Source: an uncultured Ruminococcus sp.
GTDB taxonomy: Bacteria; Bacillota; Clostridia; Oscillospirales; CAG-272
Length of the DNA stretch: 64,000 bases
Reading direction: 5' to 3'
Assembly (NCBI GenBank): GCA_902782445.1
Contig: CACZNC010000003.1
Coordinates: 3,040-67,039 of the forward strand
Shown: one piece after another, positions 56,786 to 64,000 of the stretch
Position numbering within the stretch: the stretch's first letter is position 1
How the letters are laid out: each line of letters begins with the position of its first letter
The notes under the pieces: generated by a model
The model's input: only the letters and a program-made list of their open reading frames with translations
The model's database searches: none
Told to the model about the DNA's origin: nothing
Made by a program: the position numbers and the translations under genes

Positions 56786-57964
56786 ATGGTGGATCTCTTT
56801 GATAAATGCCGGCAGCGTTCCCGTGTGGACGACGCGAAGGAAGCCGGAATCTATCCGTATTTCCATGCGCTCGAGACCCGTCAGGACTGCGAAGTCGTGA
56901 TGGAGGGCAAGCGGCGCATCATGCTCGGCTCCAACAACTATCTGGGTCTGACGACCGAGCCCGAAGTCATCGAAGCAGGGATCAAAGCCCTCGAGGTCTA
57001 CGGCACCGGCTGTTCCGGCTCCCGCTTCCTCAACGGCACCCTGAACATGCACATCGAGCTCGAATCGGAGCTTGCGGATTTCCTCGGAAAAGAGGCGGTC
57101 ACCACCTTCTCGACGGGGTTCCAGAGCAATCTCGGCATCATTTCCGCCATTGTGGGCCGCCACGACGTCGTGATCTGCGACCGTGAGAATCACGCCTCCA
57201 TTTACGACGGATGCCGCCTCTCCTTCGGCAAGCTGATGATGTACCGCCACGCCGACATGGAGGACCTCGAAGCCCAGCTGCAGAAGGTCCCGGAGACCTA
57301 CGGCTGCCTGATCGTCACGGACGGCATTTTCTCCATGGGCGGCGATATCGCGAAGCTCCCCGAGATCTGCGCGCTGGCGCAGAAGTACGGCGCCCGGGTC
57401 ATGGTGGACGACGCCCATGCCCTCGGCGTGATCGGCAAGGGCGGACGCGGCACGGCAAGCCATTTCGGTCTCGAGGATCAGGTCGACATTTACATGGGGA
57501 CCTTCTCGAAATCCCTCGCGTCCCTCGGCGGCTACATGGCCTCCTCCCGCGAAGCCGTGGAATATGTGCGCCACGTCTCCCGCCCCTTCATCTTCTCGGC
57601 CTCCATCACCCCGTCCTCCTGCGCCGTCGCCCTCGCCTCCCTCCGCTATCTGCGGAAGCACCCGGAGCGCGTCGACCGTCTGCGCGAGATCAGCGCGTAC
57701 CACCGCAAATGCCTCAGAGACCGGCACGTCCGCATCATCGAATCCGAAACGCCCGTGGTGCCGATCTACACCTACGAGGAGGAGAACACCCTCCGCAAAG
57801 CCCGGGAACTCTTCGACGCCGGCGTCTACGTCAATCCCGTCATTACCCCGGCCTGCGCGGAACACGAATGTCTCCTGCGCACCTCCTGCATGGCGACGCT
57901 GACCGAATCCCTCGTGGAGGAAGCGGACGACATCATCGCCTCGATCATCCCCCATGAAGAATGA
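56786..57964 (+). CDS. PLP-dependent alpha-oxoamine synthase, serine-palmitoyltransferase-like (the BioF/KBL/SPT family)
   Basis: GSNNYLGL, GTGCSGSRFLNGT, DDAHALGV and the PLP-lysine motif GTFSKSLASLGGY, which is closest to the SPT-type GTFSKS motif. GGAGG RBS before ATG 56786. Confidence 0.8.
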   Translation: MVDLFDKCRQRSRVDDAKEAGIYPYFHALETRQDCEVVMEGKRRIMLGSNNYLGLTTEPEVIEAGIKALEVYGTGCSGSRFLNGTLNMHIELESELADFLGKEAVTTFSTGFQSNLGIISAIVGRHDVVICDRENHASIYDGCRLSFGKLMMYRHADMEDLEAQLQKVPETYGCLIVTDGIFSMGGDIAKLPEICALAQKYGARVMVDDAHALGVIGKGGRGTASHFGLEDQVDIYMGTFSKSLASLGGYMASSREAVEYVRHVSRPFIFSASITPSSCAVALASLRYLRKHPERVDRLREISAYHRKCLRDRHVRIIESETPVVPIYTYEEENTLRKARELFDAGVYVNPVITPACAEHECLLRTSCMATLTESLVEEADDIIASIIPHEE

Positions 57965-58763
57965 TCCCGGATCCTCCCCCGTCGCCCTCGTTACCGGCGG
58001 GACCTCGGGGATCGGACTCGCGGCGGCAAACGCCCTGAGAGACCGGGGATGCCGCGTTTACACGCTGAGCCGGCGTCACGCGGATCTCGGCGGGCTGACC
58101 TCCCTGACGGCGGACGTGACGGACGAGGCGGCGGTCGGAAAGGCTGTCGCCGCGGTCCTCGCGGAATCCGGGCGGATCGACATCCTCGTCAACTGCGCCG
58201 GGTTCGGGATCTCGGGGGCCGTGGAGTTCACCGAGCTCGCCGACGCGAAGAAGCAGTTCGACGTGAATTTCTTCGGCGCGGTCAATGTGACGAAGGCCGT
58301 CCTTCCCGTCATGCGGAAGCAGGGGAGCGGGCGGATCGTCAACGTGTCCTCCGTAGCCGCCCCCGTCGCCATTCCGTTTCAGGCTTACTATTCCGCGGCG
58401 AAGGCTGCCCTGAACGCCTGGACCGCCGCGCTGGCGAACGAGGTCCGGCCCTGCGGGATCACCGTCACGGCAGTCCAGCCAGGGGATATCAGAACGGGAT
58501 TCACCGCGGCCCGGGAAAAATCGGCTCTCGGGGACGATCTCTACGGCGGCCGGATCTCCCGGAGCGTCTCGAAGATGGAGCGCGACGAGCAGAACGGCAT
58601 GGACCCCGCGAAGGCCGGAGCCTATCTCGCCCGTCAGGCTCTGAAAAAATCCGTCCCGCCGGTCTCGACCATCGGATTATCCTACAAGGCCGTCTGCGCT
58701 CTCGCCCGCCTTCTCCCCGCTTCGCTGTTCAACCGCGTCGTCGGAGCCCTGTATGCGAAATGA
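57954..58763 (+). CDS. Classical short-chain dehydrogenase/reductase (SDR)
   Basis: VTGGTSGIGLA, NCAG, and S...YYSAAKAAL. It overlaps the upstream gene by 11 nt. Confidence 0.85.
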   Translation: MKNDPGSSPVALVTGGTSGIGLAAANALRDRGCRVYTLSRRHADLGGLTSLTADVTDEAAVGKAVAAVLAESGRIDILVNCAGFGISGAVEFTELADAKKQFDVNFFGAVNVTKAVLPVMRKQGSGRIVNVSSVAAPVAIPFQAYYSAAKAALNAWTAALANEVRPCGITVTAVQPGDIRTGFTAAREKSALGDDLYGGRISRSVSKMERDEQNGMDPAKAGAYLARQALKKSVPPVSTIGLSYKAVCALARLLPASLFNRVVGALYAK

Positions 58764-58785
58764 TCCGAAAAAGGAGGAGCAGTCC

Positions 58786-59454
58786 GTGAAACACGCACGG
58801 ATCCGCGCCGCGCTTTCCCTCGCCGTCAACGCGGGCATCCTTGTCCTCACCGCCTTCATCGTTTTCGGTATGCTTTTCTTCGCGGAGCGGCCGGACGATC
58901 CGACCGTCAACACAAGAGCGCTCCGGTACTACACCACCCTGTCGAACATCCTCGCCGCCCTCGTCGCCGTTCCGATGTCCGTCTGTGCGGCCTGCGCTCT
59001 GATTCGCGGAGTCTTCGCCGTTCCCCGCTGGCTGTCGCTTTTCCGGTTTATCGCAACCTCGGCGCTCACTCTCACGATGATGACGGTGCTTCTCTTCCTC
59101 GGTCCGGTCTTCGGATTCGACGGGATGTTCTCGGGCCAGAACTTCTGGTTCCACCTCGTCAATCCCGTCCTTTCGGTTTTTGCCTTTCTCTTCCTTGAAA
59201 AAGAAGCGGATTACCCGGCAAAGAACCCGCTCCCGGGGATCGTGCAGACGGCGGTATACGGCGCGGTCTACGTGTACATGGTCTTCCTCCTCGGGGAAGG
59301 ACGCGGCGGATGGCCGGATTTTTACGGATTCAACTTCGGCGGATTCTGGTACCTGACCATCGCGATGCTCCTGTTCGGCAATCTGATCTTCGCGAAGCTT
59401 CTTCTGTTCGCGCGGAAACGGCTGAATTCCCCGAAGAAAGCGGAGCGCGGCTGA
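58786..59454 (+). CDS. Polytopic membrane protein resembling the Pr6Pr / FAR-17a-AIG1 family
   Basis: GTG 58786 is preceded by AAGGAGGAG; the track start at ATG 58753 is also possible. About 6 transmembrane helices, with YYTTLSNILAAL and FWFHLVNPVL. Confidence 0.6.
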   Translation: MKHARIRAALSLAVNAGILVLTAFIVFGMLFFAERPDDPTVNTRALRYYTTLSNILAALVAVPMSVCAACALIRGVFAVPRWLSLFRFIATSALTLTMMTVLLFLGPVFGFDGMFSGQNFWFHLVNPVLSVFAFLFLEKEADYPAKNPLPGIVQTAVYGAVYVYMVFLLGEGRGGWPDFYGFNFGGFWYLTIAMLLFGNLIFAKLLLFARKRLNSPKKAERG

Positions 59455-59540
59455 GATTCCGTGGAATTCCACGAATCGGAACGGATCCCCGCGCGGTGTC
59501 CGTACAAATCCACGATTTTGCTTTTGATGCGCAAGTTTGC

Positions 59541-59569
59541 TTGACAATTCATTCATCCCGTGGTATAAT
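59541..59569 (+). promoter_or_regulatory. Consensus promoter of the aromatic amino-acid operon
   Basis: TTGACA (59541-59546), a 17-nt spacer, then TGg-TATAAT (59561-59569). Confidence 0.7.
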
Positions 59570-59611
59570 CTTGCAAAACATAACCCGGAACATTCAGGGG
59601 AGGAACGGAGC

Positions 59612-59692
59612 ATGACGGACCGTACATATTTCTATACTGTGCGATTTTATTATTACGCCCCGAGTTCCCGGCGTTCCGGCTCCGCACAGTGA
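59612..59692 (+). promoter_or_regulatory. Candidate leader peptide MTDRTYFYTVRFYYYAPSSRRSGSAQ, rich in Tyr and Phe
   Basis: GGAGG RBS 9 nt upstream of ATG 59612. Seven of codons 6-15 are TAT, TAC, TTC or TTT. The TGA stop is at 59690-59692. The ORF is too short to appear in the track. Confidence 0.6.
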
Positions 59693-59713
59693 AGAAATCC
59701 GATTTTCACTCGC

Positions 59714-59746
59714 CCGCAGAATGCCGGAAGGTCTTCTGCGGTTTTT
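59714..59746 (+). terminator. Attenuator/terminator 1: CCGCAGAA, a 12-nt loop, TTCTGCGG, then TTTTT
   Basis: Perfect 8-bp stem (59714-59721 with 59734-59741) followed by a run of five T. Confidence 0.65.
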
Positions 59747-59790
59747 GTCAGAAAATGTTCCGCTCTCACGGGACGCGCTTTCGCAGGACG

Positions 59791-59821
59791 CAGAAGACGA
59801 ACTCCGTTTTCTGTGTTTTTT
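59791..59821 (+). terminator. Attenuator/terminator 2: CAGAAGAC, a 7-nt loop, GTTTTCTG, then TGTTTTTT
   Basis: 8-bp stem with one G-U pair (59791-59798 with 59806-59813), followed by a T run. It ends 3 nt before the pheA RBS. Confidence 0.55.
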
Positions 59822-59840
59822 GTTGGAGGAATGAACAACG

Positions 59841-60938
59841 ATGAACGAACTGGACCTTGCCCGCCGGACGATCTCCGAGGTCGACCTTGAAATGGCCGCT
59901 CTCTTCTCCCGGCGGATGGAAGCCGTGAAGCGGATCGCCGCCTACAAGAAGGAGCGGGGCCTGCCCGTATACGATCCCGCGCGGGAGGACGAGCTGATCC
60001 GCAAAAACGCGGCAGGAATAGCGGATCCCCTGCTCCGGGAATACTACGTCCGCTTTCTCCGCGACGTGATGGCGACCTCCCGGGCGTTCCAGACCCGGCT
60101 GATCTCCGGCGCGCGGATCGCCTATTCCGGGATCCCGGGGGCCTTTGCGGCAGAGGCGGTCACGAAGCTCTTTCCCGACGGCGAACCCGTTCCCTGCCCC
60201 GATTTCGCTTCCGCCTACCGCGCGGTGACCGAGGGGGACTGCGACTGCGCGGTTCTGCCCATCGAAAACAGCACGGCGGGAGAGGTCGGCGCGGTGTGCG
60301 ATCTGATCTTCTCCGGGCCCCTCTATATCAACAATATCCTCGATCTCGCGGTAGTACAGAATCTTCTTGCCCTCCCCGGCGCGGCGATCGGTGAGATCCG
60401 AACGGTCGTCAGCCATCCCCAGGCCCTCGCCCAGTGCGCGCCTTACATCCGGGAGCACGGATTCGAGACCCGCGAGTACGGCAACACAGCAGAGGCCGCC
60501 CGGTATGTCGCGAAAACGGGGGATCCCTCCCTCGCGGCCATCGGAACGGCGGAGGCGGCGAAGCTCTGCGGGCTGAACGTCCTTGCGGCGAAGATCAACG
60601 AGGTCGGCCAGAACACGACGCGGTTCGCGGTCCTCTCCCGGGCGGAAAACGACGCGCCGGGCCGGGAGGACGACAATTTCTTCCTCGTTTTCTCGGTGAA
60701 GAATCAGGCGGGATCCCTGGCCGAGGCGATCCGCATCATCGGAAACCACGGCTACAACATGCGCTCCCTGCACTCCCGCCCGCTCAAAACCCTGCTCTGG
60801 AACTACTATTTCTACGTGGAGGGCGAGGGCAATATCCGATGCAACAACGGCCGAGACATGATGGAACAGCTCTCCGGCGTATGCGACAAGCTGAAACTGG
60901 TGGGGTCCTATTCCCCGGGAAAGGCGGCGGCGATATGA
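59841..60938 (+). CDS. pheA: Bifunctional chorismate mutase / prephenate dehydratase (P-protein)
   Basis: N-terminal chorismate mutase domain (DLEMAALFSRRMEAVKRIAAYK), prephenate dehydratase domain (IAYSGIPGAFAAEA...LPIENSTAGEV...NTTRF) and an ACT domain. Confidence 0.9.
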   Translation: MNELDLARRTISEVDLEMAALFSRRMEAVKRIAAYKKERGLPVYDPAREDELIRKNAAGIADPLLREYYVRFLRDVMATSRAFQTRLISGARIAYSGIPGAFAAEAVTKLFPDGEPVPCPDFASAYRAVTEGDCDCAVLPIENSTAGEVGAVCDLIFSGPLYINNILDLAVVQNLLALPGAAIGEIRTVVSHPQALAQCAPYIREHGFETREYGNTAEAARYVAKTGDPSLAAIGTAEAAKLCGLNVLAAKINEVGQNTTRFAVLSRAENDAPGREDDNFFLVFSVKNQAGSLAEAIRIIGNHGYNMRSLHSRPLKTLLWNYYFYVEGEGNIRCNNGRDMMEQLSGVCDKLKLVGSYSPGKAAAI

Positions 60939-61951
60939 CGATCCGCATGGAACTCGGCGAGCGGAGCTATCCGATTTATCTGGAATCCGGCGCGCTCGGA
61001 AAGGCCGGGGAACTGTTCGATCTCAGGCGCAGGGTCCTGATCGTGACGGACGGCGGCGTCCCCCCGGAATACGCCCGGACCGTCGCCAAAGCCGCTGAGG
61101 ATCCGGTCCTCGTCACCGTTCCCGCGGGGGAGGGGAGCAAATCCTTCGATAAGCTCGAAGAACTGCTCGGCGCGATGCTGGAGCACGGATTCACGCGGCA
61201 CGACTGCGCGGTGGCCGTCGGAGGGGGCGTTGTCGGGGATCTCACCGGATTCGCGGCCTCCCTCTATATGCGCGGGATCGACTTTTACAATATCCCGACC
61301 ACCCTGCTCTCCGAGGTCGATTCCTCCATCGGCGGGAAGACGGCCGTGGATTTCCGCGGGACCAAGAACACCGTCGGGACCTTCTGGCAGCCGAAAGCCG
61401 TCCTGATCGATCCCGCCGCCCTCGCCACCCTGCCCCGCCGCCAGCTCTCGGCCGGAATGGCGGAGGCGCTGAAAATGTCCCTGACTTCGGACGCGGAGTT
61501 CTTCCGGGTGTTCGAGGAGGAGGATCCCTTCCTCTGCCTGCCCCGGGTGATCGAAGGCGCGCTCCGCATCAAAAAGGCGGTGGTCGAAGCGGACGAGCGG
61601 GAGGCGGGGTTCCGCAAGATCCTCAATTTCGGCCACACCCTCGGACACGCGATCGAGAGCGTACTGTCTCCCGATCTGCTCCACGGGGAATGCGTCGCCC
61701 TCGGAATGCTCCCGATGTGCTCGGAGGCTCTGAGACGGCGGCTGATCCCGATCTATGAAAAGCTCAGCCTGCCCTCTTCGGTCTCCGCGCCCTCTTCCGC
61801 GATCCGGGAAGCCATGCTCCACGACAAGAAGAGCGGAAAAGGTGGGATCGACGCGGTGTTCGTCGACGAGCCGGGGACCTGCCGGATCGGGACCGAATCG
61901 GCGGACGCCCTCATCCAGAGGTATGAATCGGTATTCGGGAGGAAGAGATGA
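60935..61951 (+). CDS. aroB: 3-dehydroquinate synthase
   Basis: ATGA overlap with pheA. GEGSKS, AVGGGVVGDLTGFAA, DSSIGGKTAVD and GHT.GHAIE. The track ORF starting at 60434 is an upstream extension into pheA. Confidence 0.9.
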   Translation: MTIRMELGERSYPIYLESGALGKAGELFDLRRRVLIVTDGGVPPEYARTVAKAAEDPVLVTVPAGEGSKSFDKLEELLGAMLEHGFTRHDCAVAVGGGVVGDLTGFAASLYMRGIDFYNIPTTLLSEVDSSIGGKTAVDFRGTKNTVGTFWQPKAVLIDPAALATLPRRQLSAGMAEALKMSLTSDAEFFRVFEEEDPFLCLPRVIEGALRIKKAVVEADEREAGFRKILNFGHTLGHAIESVLSPDLLHGECVALGMLPMCSEALRRRLIPIYEKLSLPSSVSAPSSAIREAMLHDKKSGKGGIDAVFVDEPGTCRIGTESADALIQRYESVFGRKR

Positions 61952-63051
61952 AAAACACCTTCGGAAACGCGCTGACCCTCACAATCTTCGGCGAGAGCCA
62001 CGGTCCCGTGGTAGGAGCGACTGTCGACGGGCTGGCCCCGGGGATCGGGATCCGGGAAGACGCCATCCGGTCCGCCCTCGCCCTTCGCCGTCCGTCCGGG
62101 TCGATCTCCACGGCGCGGCGGGAGCAGGACGAATTCGAGATCCTCTCCGGGGTCTTCGAGGGCAGAAGCACCGGGACCCCCTTCACCGTGATCGTGCGGA
62201 ACGCGGACACGAAAAGCGCTGACTATCTCCGTGGGATCGCCCGGCCGGGTCACGCCGATCTGACCGCCCACTATAAATATCACGGATTCGAGGATTACCG
62301 GGGCGGAGGTCATTTCTCGGGACGGCTCACCGCTGCCCTCACCGCCGTCTGCGCGCCTCTCAGCGAAGCCCTCAGGAAGCGCGGGATCCGCGTCGGCACC
62401 CACATTTCCTCCCTCGCAGGGATTTATGACCGGCCTTTCGGCGACACGGAGGCGGATTTCGAGACGCTCTCCTCCCTGCCCTTCCCCGTCCTCGATCCCG
62501 ACGCGGCGGAGGCGATGAAGGCAAAGATCCGGGAGGCGGCGGAGGCGGGGGACAGCGTCGGCGGCGTGCTCGAAACCGTCGTCACGGGCGTTCCCGCCGG
62601 ACTCGGCGAACCCTTCTTCGACTCGGTGGAAAGTGAGCTCGCCCACGCGATGTTCTCGATCCCCGCCGTCAAGGGCGTGGAGTTCGGCGCGGGCTTCGGC
62701 TTCGCGGACATGAAGGGAAGCGAGGCGAACGATCCGATCCGCGTCAATCCGCAACAGAACGGCGGTCCCCCCTTCATCACCTCCTCCAACAAAAACGGCG
62801 GGATCAACGGCGGGATCACCAATGGAATGCCGATCTTGATGCGAATTGCGGTCAAGCCCACCCCCTCCCTCGGCATCCCCCAGGAGAGCGTGGATTTCCT
62901 CGCCGGAAAGAACGCGGAACATCCCGGGGGCGGACGGCATGATCCGGCGATCGTGCACCGCGCCCGCTCCGCCGTGAACGGCCTCACCGCCTTTGTGATC
63001 GCGGATCTGTTGACCCTGCGGTTCGGGACGGACTGGCTGGCGGAAGGATGA
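61948..63051 (+). CDS. aroC: Chorismate synthase
   Basis: FGESHGP, RRPSG, RPGHAD, GGGHFSGR and GGISNG-like GGINGGITNG. Confidence 0.9.
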   Translation: MKNTFGNALTLTIFGESHGPVVGATVDGLAPGIGIREDAIRSALALRRPSGSISTARREQDEFEILSGVFEGRSTGTPFTVIVRNADTKSADYLRGIARPGHADLTAHYKYHGFEDYRGGGHFSGRLTAALTAVCAPLSEALRKRGIRVGTHISSLAGIYDRPFGDTEADFETLSSLPFPVLDPDAAEAMKAKIREAAEAGDSVGGVLETVVTGVPAGLGEPFFDSVESELAHAMFSIPAVKGVEFGAGFGFADMKGSEANDPIRVNPQQNGGPPFITSSNKNGGINGGITNGMPILMRIAVKPTPSLGIPQESVDFLAGKNAEHPGGGRHDPAIVHRARSAVNGLTAFVIADLLTLRFGTDWLAEG

Positions 63052-63089
63052 ACCACTCCCCTGAAAGAAGAAAGGAACCGGAAACGATT

Positions 63090-63581
63090 ATGATAAAACT
63101 CCTGATTCTCAACGGGCCGAACCTCAATATGCTCGGGGTGCGGGAACCGGACGTCTACGGGCGGCGGACCTGGAGGGACCTCACGGATCTGATCCAGGGT
63201 CACGCGAGGGAGAAGGGCGTGTTCGCGGCGGTCTTCCAGTCGAATTCCGAGGGGCGTCTCGTCACGGCGATCCAGCGGGCCTTCGGGATCTACGACGGGA
63301 TCGTCATCAACCCCGCGGCGTACACCCACACGAGCGTCGCGCTTCTGGACGCCCTCAAAGCGGTCGGCATCCCGACGGTCGAGGTCCATATTTCGGATGT
63401 GTCGAAGCGCGAAGACTTCCGGCAGATCAGCTATGTCCGGCTGGCCGCGGAAACCTCGATCATAGGGCACGGCTTCGAGGGCTATCTCGAGGCGATGGAC
63501 TATCTGATCGACCGGTACGGGAAGAAAGAAATCCCCGCCGGTCCGGATGTGCCTGACGAAACCTGGGAGGAGAGCCGATGA
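63090..63581 (+). CDS. aroQ: Type II 3-dehydroquinate dehydratase
   Basis: MIKLLILNGPNLNMLG.REP..YG ... INPAAYTHTSVA ... EVHISD. An alternative start at 63048 (ATGA overlap with aroC) would add 14 aa. Confidence 0.85.
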   Translation: MIKLLILNGPNLNMLGVREPDVYGRRTWRDLTDLIQGHAREKGVFAAVFQSNSEGRLVTAIQRAFGIYDGIVINPAAYTHTSVALLDALKAVGIPTVEVHISDVSKREDFRQISYVRLAAETSIIGHGFEGYLEAMDYLIDRYGKKEIPAGPDVPDETWEESR

Positions 63582-64000
63582 TCGCGCGGTTCCGGCCCTC
63601 CGTCGCCCGGGGATCGGTGGACGCGCCCCCCTCGAAGACCCTCGCCCACCGCTTCCTCCTCGCCGCCGCGCTGTCGGAAAGTTCGTCCGTCGTCCGGGGA
63701 CTCTGCCTCAGCGAAGACGTGCTCGCGACCATCGACTGTGCGAGATCCCTCGGGGCGGATGTCCGGCTGGACGGCGTGGACGCCTACGTGGACCCGCAGG
63801 CTCTGCCCCCGTCGGATCTCTTCCCTTGCCGGGAGAGCGGGAGCACCCTCCGGTTCTTCCTGCCCGCCGCGCTCCGACGTCCAGCGGGATCCCTCTTCAC
63901 GGGGAGTCCGCGGCTGCTCGAACGTCCTCTCGGCGTGTACGAGGACCTCTGCCGGGACAAGGGACTGAAGTTCGGGCGCGAGGACGGCGGGATCCGGGTT
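63578..64000 (+). CDS. aroA: 3-phosphoshikimate 1-carboxyvinyltransferase (EPSP synthase), 5' part only
   Basis: ATGA overlap with aroQ. PPSKTLAHRFLLAAAL...CRESGSTLRFF. The frame is open to the window edge. Confidence 0.8.
   Translation, partial: MIARFRPSVARGSVDAPPSKTLAHRFLLAAALSESSSVVRGLCLSEDVLATIDCARSLGADVRLDGVDAYVDPQALPPSDLFPCRESGSTLRFFLPAALRRPAGSLFTGSPRLLERPLGVYEDLCRDKGLKFGREDGGIRV

Noticed and set aside
59692-59840. T-box riboswitch or other known riboswitch upstream of pheA
   Set aside because: I saw no T-box consensus (AGGGTGGTACCGCG-like) or specifier-loop architecture. The region is better explained by a leader peptide plus terminators.
60434-60934. N-terminal 167-aa extension of the aroB ORF
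   Set aside because: It overlaps pheA in another frame. aroB homology begins at the ATG at 60935, which forms an ATGA overlap with the pheA stop codon.

Overview
GC-rich segment with strong GC3 bias, which produces many long antisense shadow ORFs. It reads like the chromosome of a Clostridia/Oscillospirales-type anaerobe: AGGAGG-type RBSs, near-consensus TTGACA-17-TATAAT promoters, lipoprotein solute-binding proteins and a GLUG-type adhesin. I call about 58 protein genes. Layout: 1-2107, 5' part of a large surface repeat protein. 2.5-3.2 kb, RelB/ParE toxin-antitoxin pair. 3.2-3.9 kb, a 710-bp gene-free gap with tRNA-like relics. 3.9-9.1 kb, a five-gene translationally coupled operon (XRE-HTH/helical regulator, MoxR AAA+ ATPase, DUF58, DUF4129-like protein, membrane protein). 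9.1-17.6 kb, a regulator island with four more paralogous XRE-HTH/helical-repeat proteins (one frameshifted, one with a Cys4 insert), a roughly 890-aa ECF-sigma fusion protein, and a promoter/leader module present three times. 17.8-26.4 kb and 38-56.5 kb, glycan-utilisation genes (beta-propeller glycosidase, UroD-like protein, AraC regulator, GH2, DUF4838, heparinase II/III) interspersed with six paralogous roughly 500-aa lipoprotein SBPs that have no adjacent ABC permease. 26.6-29.8 kb, a polar amino-acid ABC operon that also carries a DapF-fold epimerase-like gene. 30-37.9 kb, assorted housekeeping and small genes. 44.7-45.4 kb, a nucleotidyltransferase/HEPN pair. 56.7-59.5 kb, an operon of a serine-palmitoyltransferase-like alpha-oxoamine synthase, an SDR and an AIG1/Pr6Pr-like membrane protein. 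59.5-64 kb, pheA-aroB-aroC-aroQ-aroA preceded by a Tyr/Phe-rich leader peptide and two tandem terminators. The best candidates for something undescribed are the aromatic leader-peptide attenuator, the sphingoid-base-like lipid operon, the XRE/ECF-sigma regulator island, and the XRE-MoxR-DUF58 operon. I saw no rRNA, intact tRNA, CRISPR array, integrase, transposase or recognisable named defence system. All family assignments come from recognising motifs by eye. No database search or folding program was run.
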